A DNA stretch of 64,000 nucleotides from Tubiluchus corallicola (lineage: Eukaryota; Animalia; Priapulida): assembly GCA_030141605.1 (NCBI GenBank), contig JAQGDQ010000076.1:647202-711201 (forward strand), given 5' to 3'. The notes beneath the pieces are model-generated. The model searched no databases and was not told where the DNA came from. It saw only the letters and a list, made by a program, of their open reading frames with translations. Each line of letters opens with the position of its first letter. Positions within the stretch are counted from its first letter, which is position 1. Shown one piece after another: positions 1 through 14,400 of this stretch. Position numbers and translations under genes: made by a program.

Positions 1-3000
1 TGACATTCGCCTGTAGGTATTGCAATAAAATGGTTTTGTTTGGCTAATACGGAAATAATAATGCTCAATTTCACATTTCTGGAAATCAATAAGAGTGTGT
101 GATTGAAAGCAGGAAATTGACGCTGATCCATCTTAATTAACTTGTAGTTTACTGCACAGTGTTCTGATAGCACAAGCTTCTGCGAATAGTGCAAGCTTGC
201 TAATTGTTGTCTTTTGGTTAAGTTTTTCAATCTTTTGTAAAAATAGAAAAAATAAGTTGTTGACGAATGAAAGTTTGTGACTATCTTTTTGCGTTTTTAA
301 TATTCGTTCATAAGCAAGCGTGATTTTGTTTCGTTTAACGGGGCGATTTCAAATAAATTTTCTACACTTTTGCGCGACTTTTTCTGTAAAGGTAATTTTG
401 TGAGCGAGTTCCTGTGACTGAGAGCTGGTTAGGCCAATACACACCTTTGCGTTGTGTCTTTACCTGTATATGTTTCAATACAAGGTAGTCTCACCTGCCT
501 AAAATTACTGTTTTCCCCCATAGGATGAAACTGTTTGTAGTTATTGATGGGTGGAACCCACGAACAGTTTCTGTAACAAGTCTTAGCCGAAAATAATGAA
601 TTTTCACAAAGTTGGGAGCCTCAAGAATGAGCATGAAACCAGAGACCCTTGGGTTACAAGTTGACTGTTATACCACTAAACCACTGTAACCACACGTACC
701 TTTTACATTGCTGTCTTGCAGAGTAATAATAGCTTACCAACCATAAATGTTGGATCACGCGAATAGTAAAATAAATGGTCTAGTCGCCAGTGAAAAACTG
801 TTTTTCAAACTTTAGAGACTACGTTATTTATCGCGTGTCGCATAAACAGCTGGAGAGACAGTCCTCTGAGATTAACGTTTGCTTTTATTTGCTTGATTTT
901 ACTCTTAGTCTTGTTTTCTTAACTTTCGTATAGCATTTTTTTAAATAGTTTTTTCTATCTTTTACCGCATGATGCTTTTCCATATATGCAGAAACCTTAA
1001 ATTGTTTGAGTAGTTTATTATGTTAGTGAACTGAAAATGTTCTTTTGGGTTAATTCAAAATTGTTTAAAACAACTCTAGTGTAAAAACATTATTTCTTTT
1101 TTATTTGGTAACACTTGAGCGTCCGTGTTTCCGTGGAGACTATGGTTTTGTGGAAATGACTCAGGGCTTCTCTGACTCATGATTGACGCGTTTGCTGTGC
1201 CGCTGGCAGACCTAGTACTGGCTTCATAGATTGCGGCAGCCGCGGCTGACCAAACTTTATTAAATTTACTGGAACTCGTCGATCTTTAAATATCTCGCCT
1301 TTTTGGTACATTTTGTGCGTCTGTGGACAGGTGGCAAAAATACGCAGTTTAGAAATCTGCACAATGAATGCTTGAGTATTTCTTACTCCCCCCGCCCCCT
1401 TTCCCCCGATTGATCTGTGCCTCTCCATGCTGTATGATAGGCGACGTGGCGCAATCAATACATAATAGAGGCTTATGTGTAACACGGCACTACAGGTCGA
1501 TATTGTAAGCTTTGCTTGATCCAGACACTCAGACAGCCTATCCAACATCTAATGAAATGAACTTTTCGGTGGCCTGGTAATATTTTTTATGTATCTCTCA
1601 AAAACTTATCTTTCAAAGAGTTAGAGAACTGCTTTCTGTTTGGACTGTTTCGAAAACGTTTTGGTCTCACGCTAATGATGTTGAAAAGCACTTCCGTATC
1701 ATTTGCTGATCATTTTCAAATCACATTGTATTAATTAAACTAAAACTAAGTGTATGTATAGCGTTTGTATATATTTATGTAACATAGCACACATAACATA
1801 ACCCTTACATAACATACACTTGAATATTTAACCACCTTGGTCCTTTCAGCCAATCAGCAGCGCATATTAAATGATATTATATATTCTCACTACCAGCTAA
1901 TATTGGTGAGAATATCAACTCTTTTGTTCCCGGTCCTTAATCTGTTCTAATAGACTTCCAGCTTAACTCTTTGATCAATAATTATGTGTGATAATTACTA
2001 GCTAATTGGATTCGTTTTATAGTACATGATTTAAGCCTTGTAGTGATCAGTGATATACATCATGTGTACATAAAGTTAGTGATTTTCAAACAATGTGACA
2101 ATGTGGGCAAAGCTTTATACAATATAAACATTGCACTGAAATCTGCACTTAAATTGGAAATACTGGCAAGGAAGTCAAATTGCGTATTCATGTTTTAAAT
2201 TAACAAGATCGTTGATATGGGACCAAATAATGAGCTTCTTGTGATATAGACAGCAGTTCATTGTTCTCAGACATTTCTTCTGTGCAACTACATAGCCTAC
2301 CTGCCAGAGATAATTAAACTGTGAGTGTAGATTCATGTTATTTTGTGCAGCTGTGGCTTGTAATAAATTATTCACGAGCTTTCAGACAAGCGCTTGGCGT
2401 CCCAGTAATTATCTACTAATAAGATCAAACAGGCTTTTTTACTTGCCTGCAGCCCAGCTGCTACGGCTGAAGTGCTTTTTAGGTACTGTCAGTTTTGAGA
2501 CTGTATTTGTATTTATTAAAGTAATTTTACATTATGAATTAAAATTTTCAGCAAAAGGAAAAATGTATTACAAGTATATTACATATACAGTGTACTTGTA
2601 TTACATGTAAAAATATCTTTCTCCCACAACAAATTTTGATGGCAAAGCGTTTTTTATAAAATTTTATTTAATATTTCACTGCTTACCATCATTTTGGAAA
2701 GTTTATGTTTACAAACATCATTATTTATATGCATGTATTTCTAGTTTAGGTTTAATGTGTGTTTTATTTGACACTATTGCCTGGTATCAGCTATCTAAAT
2801 TATTTTTGTAAAGATTTAATGCTTATATAGTATAAAGCTTTTTAGCAAATCCCTTTAGTACTATCAAATATGAAGCATATGGGAAAATTAACTACTTATA
2901 ATTAAAAAGTTGTTAACTGTTTTTGTAATTTCTCCTTAACAAATGTACCGGTTAGGAAGAAATTACACTTAAGTATGATTTTTTTCATTGTAAAATCACT

Positions 3001-3879
3001 TTCTTTACATTGTTTTTGGTCCATTCTTATTTTAGTAGTACTATAAAATCATTTTGTCTGTTATAAGTAAAAAAATACATACATTCCAGTCTCTGGGCTT
3101 TTAGTTCAAAAGACCGAATTACACACACAAAAACAAATGTACACAGTAACGCTGAAACAAAATGTAATCTGGCAAGCACTATATAAAGATATACACAGAA
3201 GATGTACATTAGACTTAAACACTGGTGCAATATAGATTAAAAAGTACAGAATTGATATCAAATTTCATGTTAAAATAATTTCTACATTGTTATAAGTTGA
3301 TTTCAATATTATAAAAAGTTGTATAATGTCTAAAATTATTGCAATGATAATATAGTAAAAATTAAATTGAGAAACAGGACTAAAAACACTTACGGAACTA
3401 AAAAGGTTGAATCTGCCCAACCAGGTTCGTTTCTGAATTTAGAAACAATAAAAGATGCCAGTATAGCTAATTTTGCAGTTTTCTGTTTGAAATCTTTAAT
3501 GTTCGTGTGGTTCGGGTGTTATATTAGAAGTTTATGGAAGCTTTTCAACCTTTTTTCATTGGTTTTTGAAATGAAAAACAACTCACAATTTCGATAGCAG
3601 AATATTGTACTTCAAAACCGTTTTCTTTAATGTCTGCCACCAAGCTTGCACATTTATTCTCTTTAAACTGGTGGGCTTTTTTAATGTTCAGGCCAAAAAA
3701 ACTGTCAGCTCGAATACGAATAGTTTCTTCAGTAGTTTATTAAATACCCATGTCAGGGATGGATGTAGTTTGTGTGCGTTTAAGTGGTATAGTGCTAATT
3801 CTATTGTTGTTTAAACCAGATTAATCAACAGAAACAATGAAGCCAGTTGGCAGACACTGAAGAAGCTGCTTATACCAAA

Positions 3880-4165
3880 AGTGAACTATGTTGTTGTGGC
3901 GCCAAGTATATCTACCTTATTGAAGGAAAATTTTACAAGAGTTGAAAATGTGAGACAATGATTCAGTCGAGTTGCAGTTTGAGTACTTGGCTGTGGTTTT
4001 CTTTCCCCAGACAGAAAAGTTGTAATTAGTCGGTAGCGCATCGACTGCTGCATTGTACATGAATTTCAAAACGTCCTTTGGGAGATTATAAGCCATACTT
4101 TTCAAGTCAATGCATTTTTTGTCTTCGATAAGTAATTCTAAAAAACAGCCTTGCATCACCAGAGT
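3880..4165 (-). mobile_element. Decayed fragment of an RLE-type non-LTR retrotransposon (HERO-like)
   Basis: KF..AAVDALPTNYNFSVWG..NCNSTESLSHIFNSC..LQ*GRYTWRHNN: the zinc-knuckle and RHN motif preceding the restriction-like endonuclease; in-frame stop present. Confidence 0.75.
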
Positions 4166-5339
4166 TTTGATTTTATCTTGTCAAGCAGAGAAGGATAAGA
4201 GGTTGAATTTTAGCCTTTGTTTCTTTTTTGAGCTTAACTGTGGTTTCTTCTCCGGGGTAACAAAGGTAACTGCTGAGTAGTTTTGTATATGGTGCTTGTA
4301 AAGTTCACGTACTAAGTGCAAAATGGCTTTGTTAGTTATAGTGCAGTATGTAAATTTATATTACTGTAACTTATTGGCCTGCAAATAGATACCTCGTTTA
4401 TATATACCCATTGATATACATTTATAAAATAAAGAATTATCATCTTCATCATCGTTGCGACTATCGATGCAAAGCTTTATTAGCTTTTTGTCTATGATTT
4501 TTACTCAGAAGTTTTAGTGCTTCTTTAAACCACTTTTGTAAAGATTACATTCATATTGTATAAAGCTTTGTAGCAAATCGCTGTAATACTATCCTTCAGA
4601 TATGCAAATTATGAAAAAATTAAATAATAATTTGAAAAGTAGTTAATATTGGTTAAGGAGAAATTACAGTTAATACAGTTTTTTCATTTTAAAGTTGCTT
4701 TGTTTAATTGTATATCATTTATATTTTTCCATTCTTGTCTTACTTTTGATTACCTTGAAAGTTGGGGCAAAGCTTTATTAGTTTTTTACCTATGGTCTTC
4801 GCTCAAAAGTTGTTGATAGTTTTTAAAGCACTGCTGTTCATTATTATGTTGCTGTGCAGTGTTTATCGGTAATAGTTTTTGCAAATGGGTCTGGCTGTAA
4901 TGGATCGTGGTACATTTTGGGATTTCTCTTCCAAAATTAAGCCACTTCTCTTCCCTTTCAGTGAAGATAGCTTTACTCTTCCAGTATGTTCCTTATATTT
5001 CAGATTGCATAATCCACACACTAATTTCGTGACTTGTCGCTTGAACCAATTCCACTTTACTGACTGAATCTACACAAGATGGATTTCATTTGATATTTCC
5101 AGAGCTAATTTTGTAGCTCTGTTATTTTTTTAAAAAAGTTGTGTAACAGTCACCCCATTATCACAAAAGTTTGCGCAGTGCAAAAAATGAGTACTAATGC
5201 GGAAATGCACTTACAAAAATGTTTGCCAAAATGATGCAAATTTTAAGTTTCTTACTAACTGAATTACTAACTAGCCATACATAATTAATTCTGCATGTCT
5301 AGCAAAAATAATAATTGTAAACCCTTTCTTTGATTTTAG

Positions 5340-5491
5340 ATGAGAGAGAGGTTGTGCAAAAGAAGACATTCACAAAATGGGTGACCTCGCATTTGTTGCG
5401 TGTCAACAGTCGAGTGGGAGACCTTTATGTGGACTTGAGGGATGGAAAGCTTCTAATCAAATTATTAGAGATACTTTCTGGAGAAAGACTT
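5340..5491 (+). CDS. SPTBN1: beta-spectrin exon, CH1
   Basis: tttag|AT GAG AGA GAG = (D)[27 protein letters not shown]|gtaagt. Confidence 0.95.
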
Positions 5492-8400
5492 GTAAGTACT
5501 GTACCATAAAAAATTGAGGAACCACTTGTGTAATGTGACGAAAAAAAATTGCTCGTTGTTCACACTAACAATGTAAATGAAGAACATGTGTTTTTGCCTT
5601 ACCTAAGCCACTATGTGTAATGATGACACGTTAAAATCTTCAAATATGACAGTGTCATTTTGTCCTTAATATTTTTTTGATAGTTCATGTACCTTATAAA
5701 TGATAAATTTCTATTACATGTAACATGATTGTCAAAAAGTTGTGATAGAAATTGTGTCATATTAATTATTTTCAAATAATGACAAATCATTAGCAGTTCA
5801 CTTGACATCTCAAATGCTATGATCATTAATTTTTACTAGTTATTGTAGTCTAATCATACAGTTGTGCATTTCTATATTTCATTCTGTTGTAATACTAATA
5901 AATTACATTGGTTTGTGACTGCCACACCCGCTTTTCTGTTTCTTGTTTAACATCTCAAACTGTGTATTCCTTTGCAGCCAAAGCCAACGAAGGGAAAAAT
6001 GAGAATACATTGCCTGGAGAATGTGGAAAAGGCTTTACAGTTTTTACGTGAACAGCATGTTCACTTAGAAAATCTCGGTGCACATGATATTGTAGATGGT
6101 AGCCCACGATTGACCCTTGGACTCATATGGACCATTATTCTACGATTCCAGGTTAGCTTGAAATATTCTGATAAGTTTCGTTTGAAAAATAATTTAGGTA
6201 GAGAGCTAGAGACCTACTTGTTTTTAAGTACAAATAAAAATAACGAAAGTCTTTGTTTTTCTTTGATAAGAATGAGAAAAGACCCACAGGAAAATTGAAT
6301 TCTTTAGAACAATTGTCATATGTAATGATATTGAGTGATGGCGAAAATAGTTTGTTAAGTTTTTAAAGTTTGTTTAGTGTTTGACGTTGTTGCCATACTG
6401 TCATTAGAAATTATATAATTCCATTTATATTGTGGTTATTTCTATTCAAACACTAAATTGCAAGGTTTCACTGGAACAATACTCGCTGGTACAATACTTT
6501 TATGTCCCTATTTGCCTGTAACATGTCCTTCAAGTTCATTTCATTCCATAGATACAAGATATCACTGTTGAAGAAGTTGATAATAAAGAGACCAAATCTG
6601 CCAAAGATGCTCTATTGTTGTGGTGCCAGATGAAGACAGCTGGCTATCATAATGTTAACATTCGCAATTTTACCACTAGTTGGCGTGACGGTTTAGCATT
6701 CAATGCTTTAATACATAAACACAGGTGAGTGGCAAATTGCCTGTAAACAAAACATCTCAAGCTTATTGCCCTTATAGCTTAAATAACCTCTTCTGTGAAA
6801 ATCATTCGTTTCGTTTGATTACCTTGATTGCATTTGGGCATTTGGCCGTGTGAAAAGATGCACGATTAATTTGCAAAAAATAGTTTGGATAATGGAGTTT
6901 TAGTACACTTGAAGTTTTGATGTTGGTTAATGAAAGACTCTGTGCTTGTTCTTAATTTTTCCTTAATTTTGTCGAAATTATCAAACTAAACTGCACAGCT
7001 TAGTCTCTTAGGCAGGGAAAGTGTAACTGACGTTTTGCAAGTTTAAGTTTGGCTTGAGTGCTTTTGATTTGGTGTCATCCTTAAGCAATATCACTTACCA
7101 ACTGGCATTGCTTGCACAGGAAAAAGAAGACCTGAGATGATAGTAAAAGATATTTCCTCTAGGATAAACTGTAAATTCCATACACACTACTTGCTTTGCT
7201 GAGGGTATATTATGCTTAGTGTGTGAAAAGCTGTGTAGCTTTGTATGACAGTGCATATTGAGCAATATTAAGAAAAACACATCTTTTTATCTATTTAATT
7301 CAGCATTCAGGTGAGCTATATTGTGGGTTCATTTGAAGTACACAAAGGATAACTGTGCATCGGCTTTATTGCTTTTCAGGCCAGATCTTATTCGTTACGA
7401 ACAGCTACAGAAATCAAATGCTATCCACAATTTAAACAATGCATTTAATACGGCAGAAGAAAACTTAGGCATTCCAAGACTTCTTGATGCTGAAGGTAAC
7501 ATGTTGTTAAGTGCACAAGCTTACTTAGGCTGGTAAATTGTTGGCGTTTTATTTTTTGCCAATGGTATCATCAGTGTTTGGTACACCAAACATGAACAAA
7601 ATATGTGAATGACTGTTATTCATTTTACAAACGAAACCAATTGGAATTTTAGGCATTCGCAATAAAACGTGAACGAAACAAACCAAATTTTGGCATTTGT
7701 CAGGCAATTACCCAATAAATAAAAGATTATTAAACCCAGTAAGATTATTAAGCCTAAATAAGCATTAGTAGTTATAAAAGGACCACTAAAATATTTTCCC
7801 ATAAAAGATAATTATGAGAACGTTGAATTTGCTAACTATGATAATACGTAATAATAAACTGAAAACTGCCTAGTAAACTTTTTACAGACATTTGCAAAAA
7901 TAAAAAATAATGCAATTATTTCTATGAACAACAAGTATGTAGCAACACATTATAATTGCTCATGGAAAGAAGCGGCCACCTAAGGTGTAACAGTCAGCAG
8001 CCTGCTTTTGCTGATGTGCTTAACATGACGACCATCTTGGCATATATGAATTGCAAGGAAGATTTTTATTTCCTTTACCAAAAGAGATGTTGCACAAAAT
8101 AGATGGTAGGTACATGCAGATGCTGGACTAAGTAGAAGTAAATACATATAGGTGCTGAAAAGTAGATGTAGTTTAAAGGTAAATGAGAAAAAAGTAGATG
8201 TTCCAAGTATTGGGTGCTGTGTTATCCGTGCTGTGATAACTCATGTCTGAGAAATTCTGAAGTACTGGAATTGATTTTGATTTACTGTTGCATTTGGGGC
8301 CCCAAAGTGTGTGAAATTCAGAGGATATCATGGATAAGTTTTTCCAAATCTTTTGAGGCTACTGCTATTTGTGCTAGTGCTAGAACTGATTCAATTTTTT

Positions 8401-11400
8401 TCATACTTTATATGTCAAATCTTTACAGTACTTATGCCTTTATAGTACTTGTTTATGTTAATGTATCATCTGTTGTTGCTCTTGTACAAATACTTGTTTT
8501 GTATGCGTGTGCTAACACTTTCTTTTCTAGAATGCAAAAATCAACAGTTGGTTGTTACAGTTTTTGAATTATGTTCATTTCAATATCAGAAAGGGCTCTA
8601 ATACCATAGAGAGCAGGCAGAGAAAGTTTGCAAAGAAAAATTTGTTACTTTATAGCTAATTATAGTTGTTAACAAGAATATATTCACCCCACTACCTCGT
8701 TGGTTTGCTATTACAGAATGTATTGTTCAAAATTTCTTTTAGATTTTTGATGCAAAGCAGTCTTTTAGAGACAAGAGTGCAAGATATTTCACACTTTTAA
8801 GGCTTTGACTCAGCAGAAATTAGCTTAGCCCTCACAATGCAAGAAAAAGGCTCGGCAGTACTGTCTCAAAATTTATATCTACCAAAAAACATTCGCAACC
8901 ACATATCTCACAATGACACAATGAACCACTAATAAGCAGTATTTTTTGTAATGTGATTTTTGCACAATGATTCAACATGATGTGGCCTAAGCAAAGGTTA
9001 CATCTCATTTCATAGATCACCTGTGTTTTGTTTCAGATGTTGTTATGGATTACCCAGACGAGAAGTCTGTTATTACGTACGTTGTGGCGTACTATCATTA
9101 TTTTTCACGCATGAAAGCAGAAACAGTGCAAGGCCGTCGTATTGGGAAGGTAAAGTGCTCTGTCATTATTCAGTTGCTCTTGCTTTAAATACCTTAAGAG
9201 AATTTCTTTATTTGAAACATACATGGATCGCTTATTAACTGCCATCTGGTGATTTCATGAGCAATTGTACTTATCCTAGATCCTAGTACTGCAGGCATTA
9301 TAACGGATTTTAGATGTAGTAGACTGTTTATATTGGTTACCATATAGGCGATGTGTAAGCATCAAATATGGCATTAACAAAAAGCATGAAGCAACTCCCA
9401 GTGCCTGAAGTATTCACTTTTTTACATAATGTATATTGTTTACTGCAACATGGATATTTCTATGTACATATTTTTTTTCTGCACCTTGTATGTTTTCCAC
9501 AGTCACACATGCTGTATTCATATCATCCCGACTCTTGTCGTTATTAAGGAATATGAGGAAGCTTAACAAAAGCATTGTTCTCGGTGAGATTATCACTAAT
9601 CAAAAATGAGAACAATGCTAAAACATTGTACAGTGAGAAAGGGTAAAAAGGCACATTGGTTTAATGTAATGCGTTCTGTTTTCTATAGGTTGTCGATATG
9701 GCACTGGAGAATGAGCGAATGATGCAAGAGTACGAGTCACTGACGTCCGATTTACTGGACTGGATCCAGCAAACAATAACGACATTAAATGACCGAACAT
9801 TCAGCAACTCTCTCCATGGTGTGCAACAGCAATTGCTACAGTTTAATACATACCGTACTGTAGAGAAGCCACCAAAGTAAGTAGGAATTCATTAAGAGTA
9901 ATGCGAAGAACTGAATTGATTCATTAATTTCACTTGTTGCTGTGCTGCAGGGAGTGTCAAAATCTGGTAATTGTGCAAAAAGCAACATTTTTGAATTCAC
10001 TGTCAATTCTTTCTGCTTTCCAGTATTTTGTGTAAGAAGCTGAAATTTTTTTAATTATTTAGAAATTAATAATTTTAGTTAATAAAAGTTGAATGTGTAT
10101 AGTAATTAACTTGCTTAAAGATTTCTAATTTTCATGTTAATCATATCAACTGTAAGTCATTAATTACCAGCTTAATTAAACTGGCTAGAAGTTGCTGAAT
10201 TAGGGCTGATTGTTCGGTAGTAATTCAGTGATTAACGAAAAATTAAGTGCTTTGAAGAACATTAATTTGCATTAAAGGAATGTTGCATTTTCATGGCGTG
10301 ATTTGATTTCTTTATGTGCTGGTTATTTATTTATTTATTTCGAAGTGCCAGATTGTCATATTAATTAATAGTACAAAATAATTAGTAATGATTAAATTTC
10401 CTCGAATTGCCCTAGTTTCTAATTTGGAAATTTTTTCTGCATAAAAACAATTGATTTTTTTATCGTAGTTTGAACTCAAAGCTTGAATTTCTATTAAACT
10501 CATTGTCTGCCCTTTAAGGCTACACTCTTCATTCTCTGAAACGTTATTAAACAGTAAATTAATGAATCTGTGAAGTAAAGGTTGATAGTTAGTGTGTCTT
10601 ATATTTAATTTATATTTTACACATTAAACAATTTGTGTTAACAATTTCACCTGGTTAATTAGGTATTCGTAGGTTTGATTTTCTATTGTTTACTAGATTT
10701 GTCGAGAAAGGAAACTTGGAGATTCTCCTCTTCACGCTACAGAGTAAAATGCGTGCAAACAATCAGAAGCCCTTCTTTCCTAAGGAAGGGCGCATGATTT
10801 CTGATATCAACAAAGCCTGGGAGAAACTGGAGAAGGCCGAGCATGAGAGGGAGTTGGCTCTCCGAGAGGAGTTGATCAGACAGGAGAAGCTGGAGCAGCT
10901 GGCTAACAGATTCGATCGTAAAGCTGGAATGAGAGAGTCTTGGCTGAGTGAGAATCAACGGCTTGTTTCGCAGGTGAGCCTAACATTAGTTCAGTGTTTT
11001 CACTTTCAAAAGGTAATACAGTGCTAGATGGATTTAACAAACAATGACTAGCACTACTCTTTCAGTTAGACCAGTCACGTCCGTGCATTGCTTTATCACA
11101 ATAAAACTTTTCTACTTTACTTCAGCTTTCATTGTGTCATAATACTAGATATTTAGAGTTTCTTAAACATAAGAAGCAGTATTGTGTGGATTTTTTAAAT
11201 GAATGTATAGTCTTAGTTTTGGCATGTCATGTATACACGAATGACCTGTGTGCTAATCAATTTTTCTGTGTCTACAATCTCAAATGACCATCATGTCTAT
11301 TTGAAACGATTTATTACAGGATAACTTTGGCTTCGACCTACCTGCATTAGAAGCAGCTACGAAAAAACATGAGGCAATAGAAACAGATATATACGCTTAC

Positions 11401-14400
11401 GAAGAAAGGGTTCAAGCCGTAGTTGCTGTAGCACAAGAATTGGAAACAGAAAATTATCATGATATTGATCGAATTATTGCAAGGTAATCAAAATGTTTCG
11501 TCATCAATTAAAGCACAAGAAAACCCTCCACTTACATAAAGCTTAAGAAATTCGTCTCGAAATTTATACCACTTACGTACTACCTTTTCGTATGCATGGC
11601 TTGCATCGGCCGTAACGCTGTATAAAACATGTAAATTTAAACTCCTGCGATAATCATTAGGCGCAGCCATTTTAGTGGTAGGTCGTTTGAAACAAGTTTT
11701 TATAACATTACGTAAAGTTTGAAAAAATAATCAGGGCATTCGTAGCATACATGTTGCTAATTAAGTAAAATTTTAAATTACTGTACCTTGTCCATAAGAT
11801 TAAAAATATGTTTTTGGCTAGTGAGTGGTGCACCCTGGAGGGTGAGTCAGCAACATTTTACCAGCTGACACAAACATATTTTAATATTTAAAAAATGTTA
11901 GTCTAGTTACATAAGTCTTTCCAGCAGGTAAGTGAAATGCTAAGTAATATAGATTTGCATGGAAAGTTTTTTGGGTCATAATTTAACATTGCCTTTTCTT
12001 CCCCTGATTTACGTGTTTTAGTGACGTCATGTAATGGCGCCGTCGGAACAGTATTACGAGAGATTTAAAATGAAAACAAATGAAAATTCCTTTCAACGCG
12101 AATATGATATGTGCATAAAATTGCTGTAAAGTAGTATAATTTTTTAAGGTGATTTTTCTGAAACCTACTTCAGGTGCCCCTTTTCTTGTCATTTAAAGCA
12201 TAATAAGTGTGACGTTGAATTTATCTCGATTGACCAATCTTATTATTTGCTACAGTGATGTAGTATCTGCTCTTTTGGTAAAACAGTACCTTAATGCTTA
12301 GCTATGTTTGTAGGAAAGATAATGTACTTCGACTGTGGGACTACCTTCTTGAGCTGCTGCGCTCTCGTCGCATACGACTCGAACTTTCCATGTCTCTGCA
12401 AAAAGTTTTCCAGGAAATGATTTACATTGTCGACTGGATGGATGAACTGAAGGTATGTATTTTTGACTGTTTGTGCAATCAAAGTGTGTGCAACTTGCTA
12501 CATTTAGCAGCTAAAGGGAATTATATCAATTCAGATGCAGAGATGTTGCTTTCTAGATTCCAAGGACCAGCAATACTTCAAAGTACTAGGCATTTGATTA
12601 ACTGATGAAAATTATAAACAGTTTTTTCACTTGATCAAAAATTCAGAATAACTTTACAGAGCATGTAGAGTAAACTGAATTATCTTTCAGCACATTTGAC
12701 AATGTTTTACTTTATTGTTTATGTACGAAACACTGGGAAGTGAGCATCAAAGAGGGTTTTGCCCAGATGTCAAAATATTCTTGATACTGAGTATTTATTT
12801 CCACAAAGTTTACTGATATTCTGGCTCACATGTAAAGTAATTTATACTCATAGTTCATGTCTATTCTTACATAAAATGCCACAATATTACTTATAAAAAA
12901 TTTTGTTGTAAACGATGATGTTTCGAAAACCCCCAAGTTTTCATCTTCTGGTGATTATAACATAATTTAATTATTAAATTAAACTAAAAATGTTTCTTGT
13001 GATTTCATGGCAACTCTTGTTTAAATGTTTTCCATTGTTATGAATCTCTGTCTTTTTTTTTTAATTTTAGCATCTTTTAGGTTATATATTGTAGGAATCT
13101 GAAGATGAAAACTAGTGAGTTTTCGAAATATCATTGTTTATTACAAAATTCTCTATAAATAGTATAAGATTTTTTGTATAAATTGTTTCGTTCCTAATGC
13201 TTACCTTTATAAAATCGCTTCATTTTGCTTTTCTATTTATTTACACTAACTACACAAAGTAGTGGATAAAAAGACTTAAAATTATAAGCTTGTCAGATGC
13301 AGAATCATTTTCTTGTACTTTTGCCTGGCAGTAACGACTATCTCTGTTCTGAATCATATTGGCAAAGTATAGAGAACCCTTTATACACGTTGATAGTGAC
13401 ACTTTGATGTCAAATACACTGCACCATATTTCTAGTGTCAGTTTCCCAATCATGTGCAGCTCACATAGATAAGTAGTATGTTTATCGTAGTAATATGTTT
13501 GCCTGTTGCAGCTTACTTATACTCATGAATCATTATGACAAATAAAGTTGTGTTTCATAACTAGCAGCCATTTAAGTACACAGCGCTGAATGCACTTAAT
13601 GATGTTTTTCTGTTGCATAAATTGCCCAACTTCAGTATCGTTTTTATCATTCGAAATAAATTATTGTATCGTCTAAGAAACAGATTATCGTTATCGTATC
13701 GTTGGAAAATATATCATATCAAAATTTTTATTGTTTAACATCCCTAGAGCAAGCATTTGAGCATGGATACGGCTGCCCAAGGCCAGCAAATACTTATATT
13801 TTCTTAGTTTTGTCAAGCCTCGCAGTTGGAGTTTGTATTTTTTAGGGTTGTCTGTTATCTGAGGATTATGGTAAGCATCTCATGGGAGTTGAAGATCTGC
13901 TACAGAGACATAGTATGCTAGAAGCTGATATAGCCGTACTTGGAGAGAGAATCAAAACAGTGAATGGACAGGCACAAAGATATATCGATTCAGACGATCC
14001 AGAATTTGGTGGTATGCTGAACTTTTTTACATCTGCTTTAATTTCGACTAAATACGTTTATTATACAAAATGCGTGAAAATTCATGGCTTGTTATTTTTT
14101 TGGGTTCTGAAGTTTTGATATCTGAATATACCTGCTTACCTGGAAAGCAGTACTTCATCATAAATTTTGTTTGTCCATTTATGATTTTGTCTCTACTAGG
14201 CTACCATCCAGTTGACCCAGCTGTTATTAAAGAACGGACTGAGAACTTGGATGCTCACTACGAAGAACTGCTTGGCCTGGCTGCTGACCGTTACAACAAA
14301 CTGCTAGAATCACGGCGCCTCTGGCAGTTCTTCTGGGAAATGGCAGAAGAGGAAGCATGGATAAAAGAGATGGAGCATACCCTATCGTCCCCCGATCTTG

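Noticed and set aside
1177-1548. 123-aa minus-strand ORF
   Set aside because: No recognisable motif or splice support; consistent with chance in a GC-richer patch.
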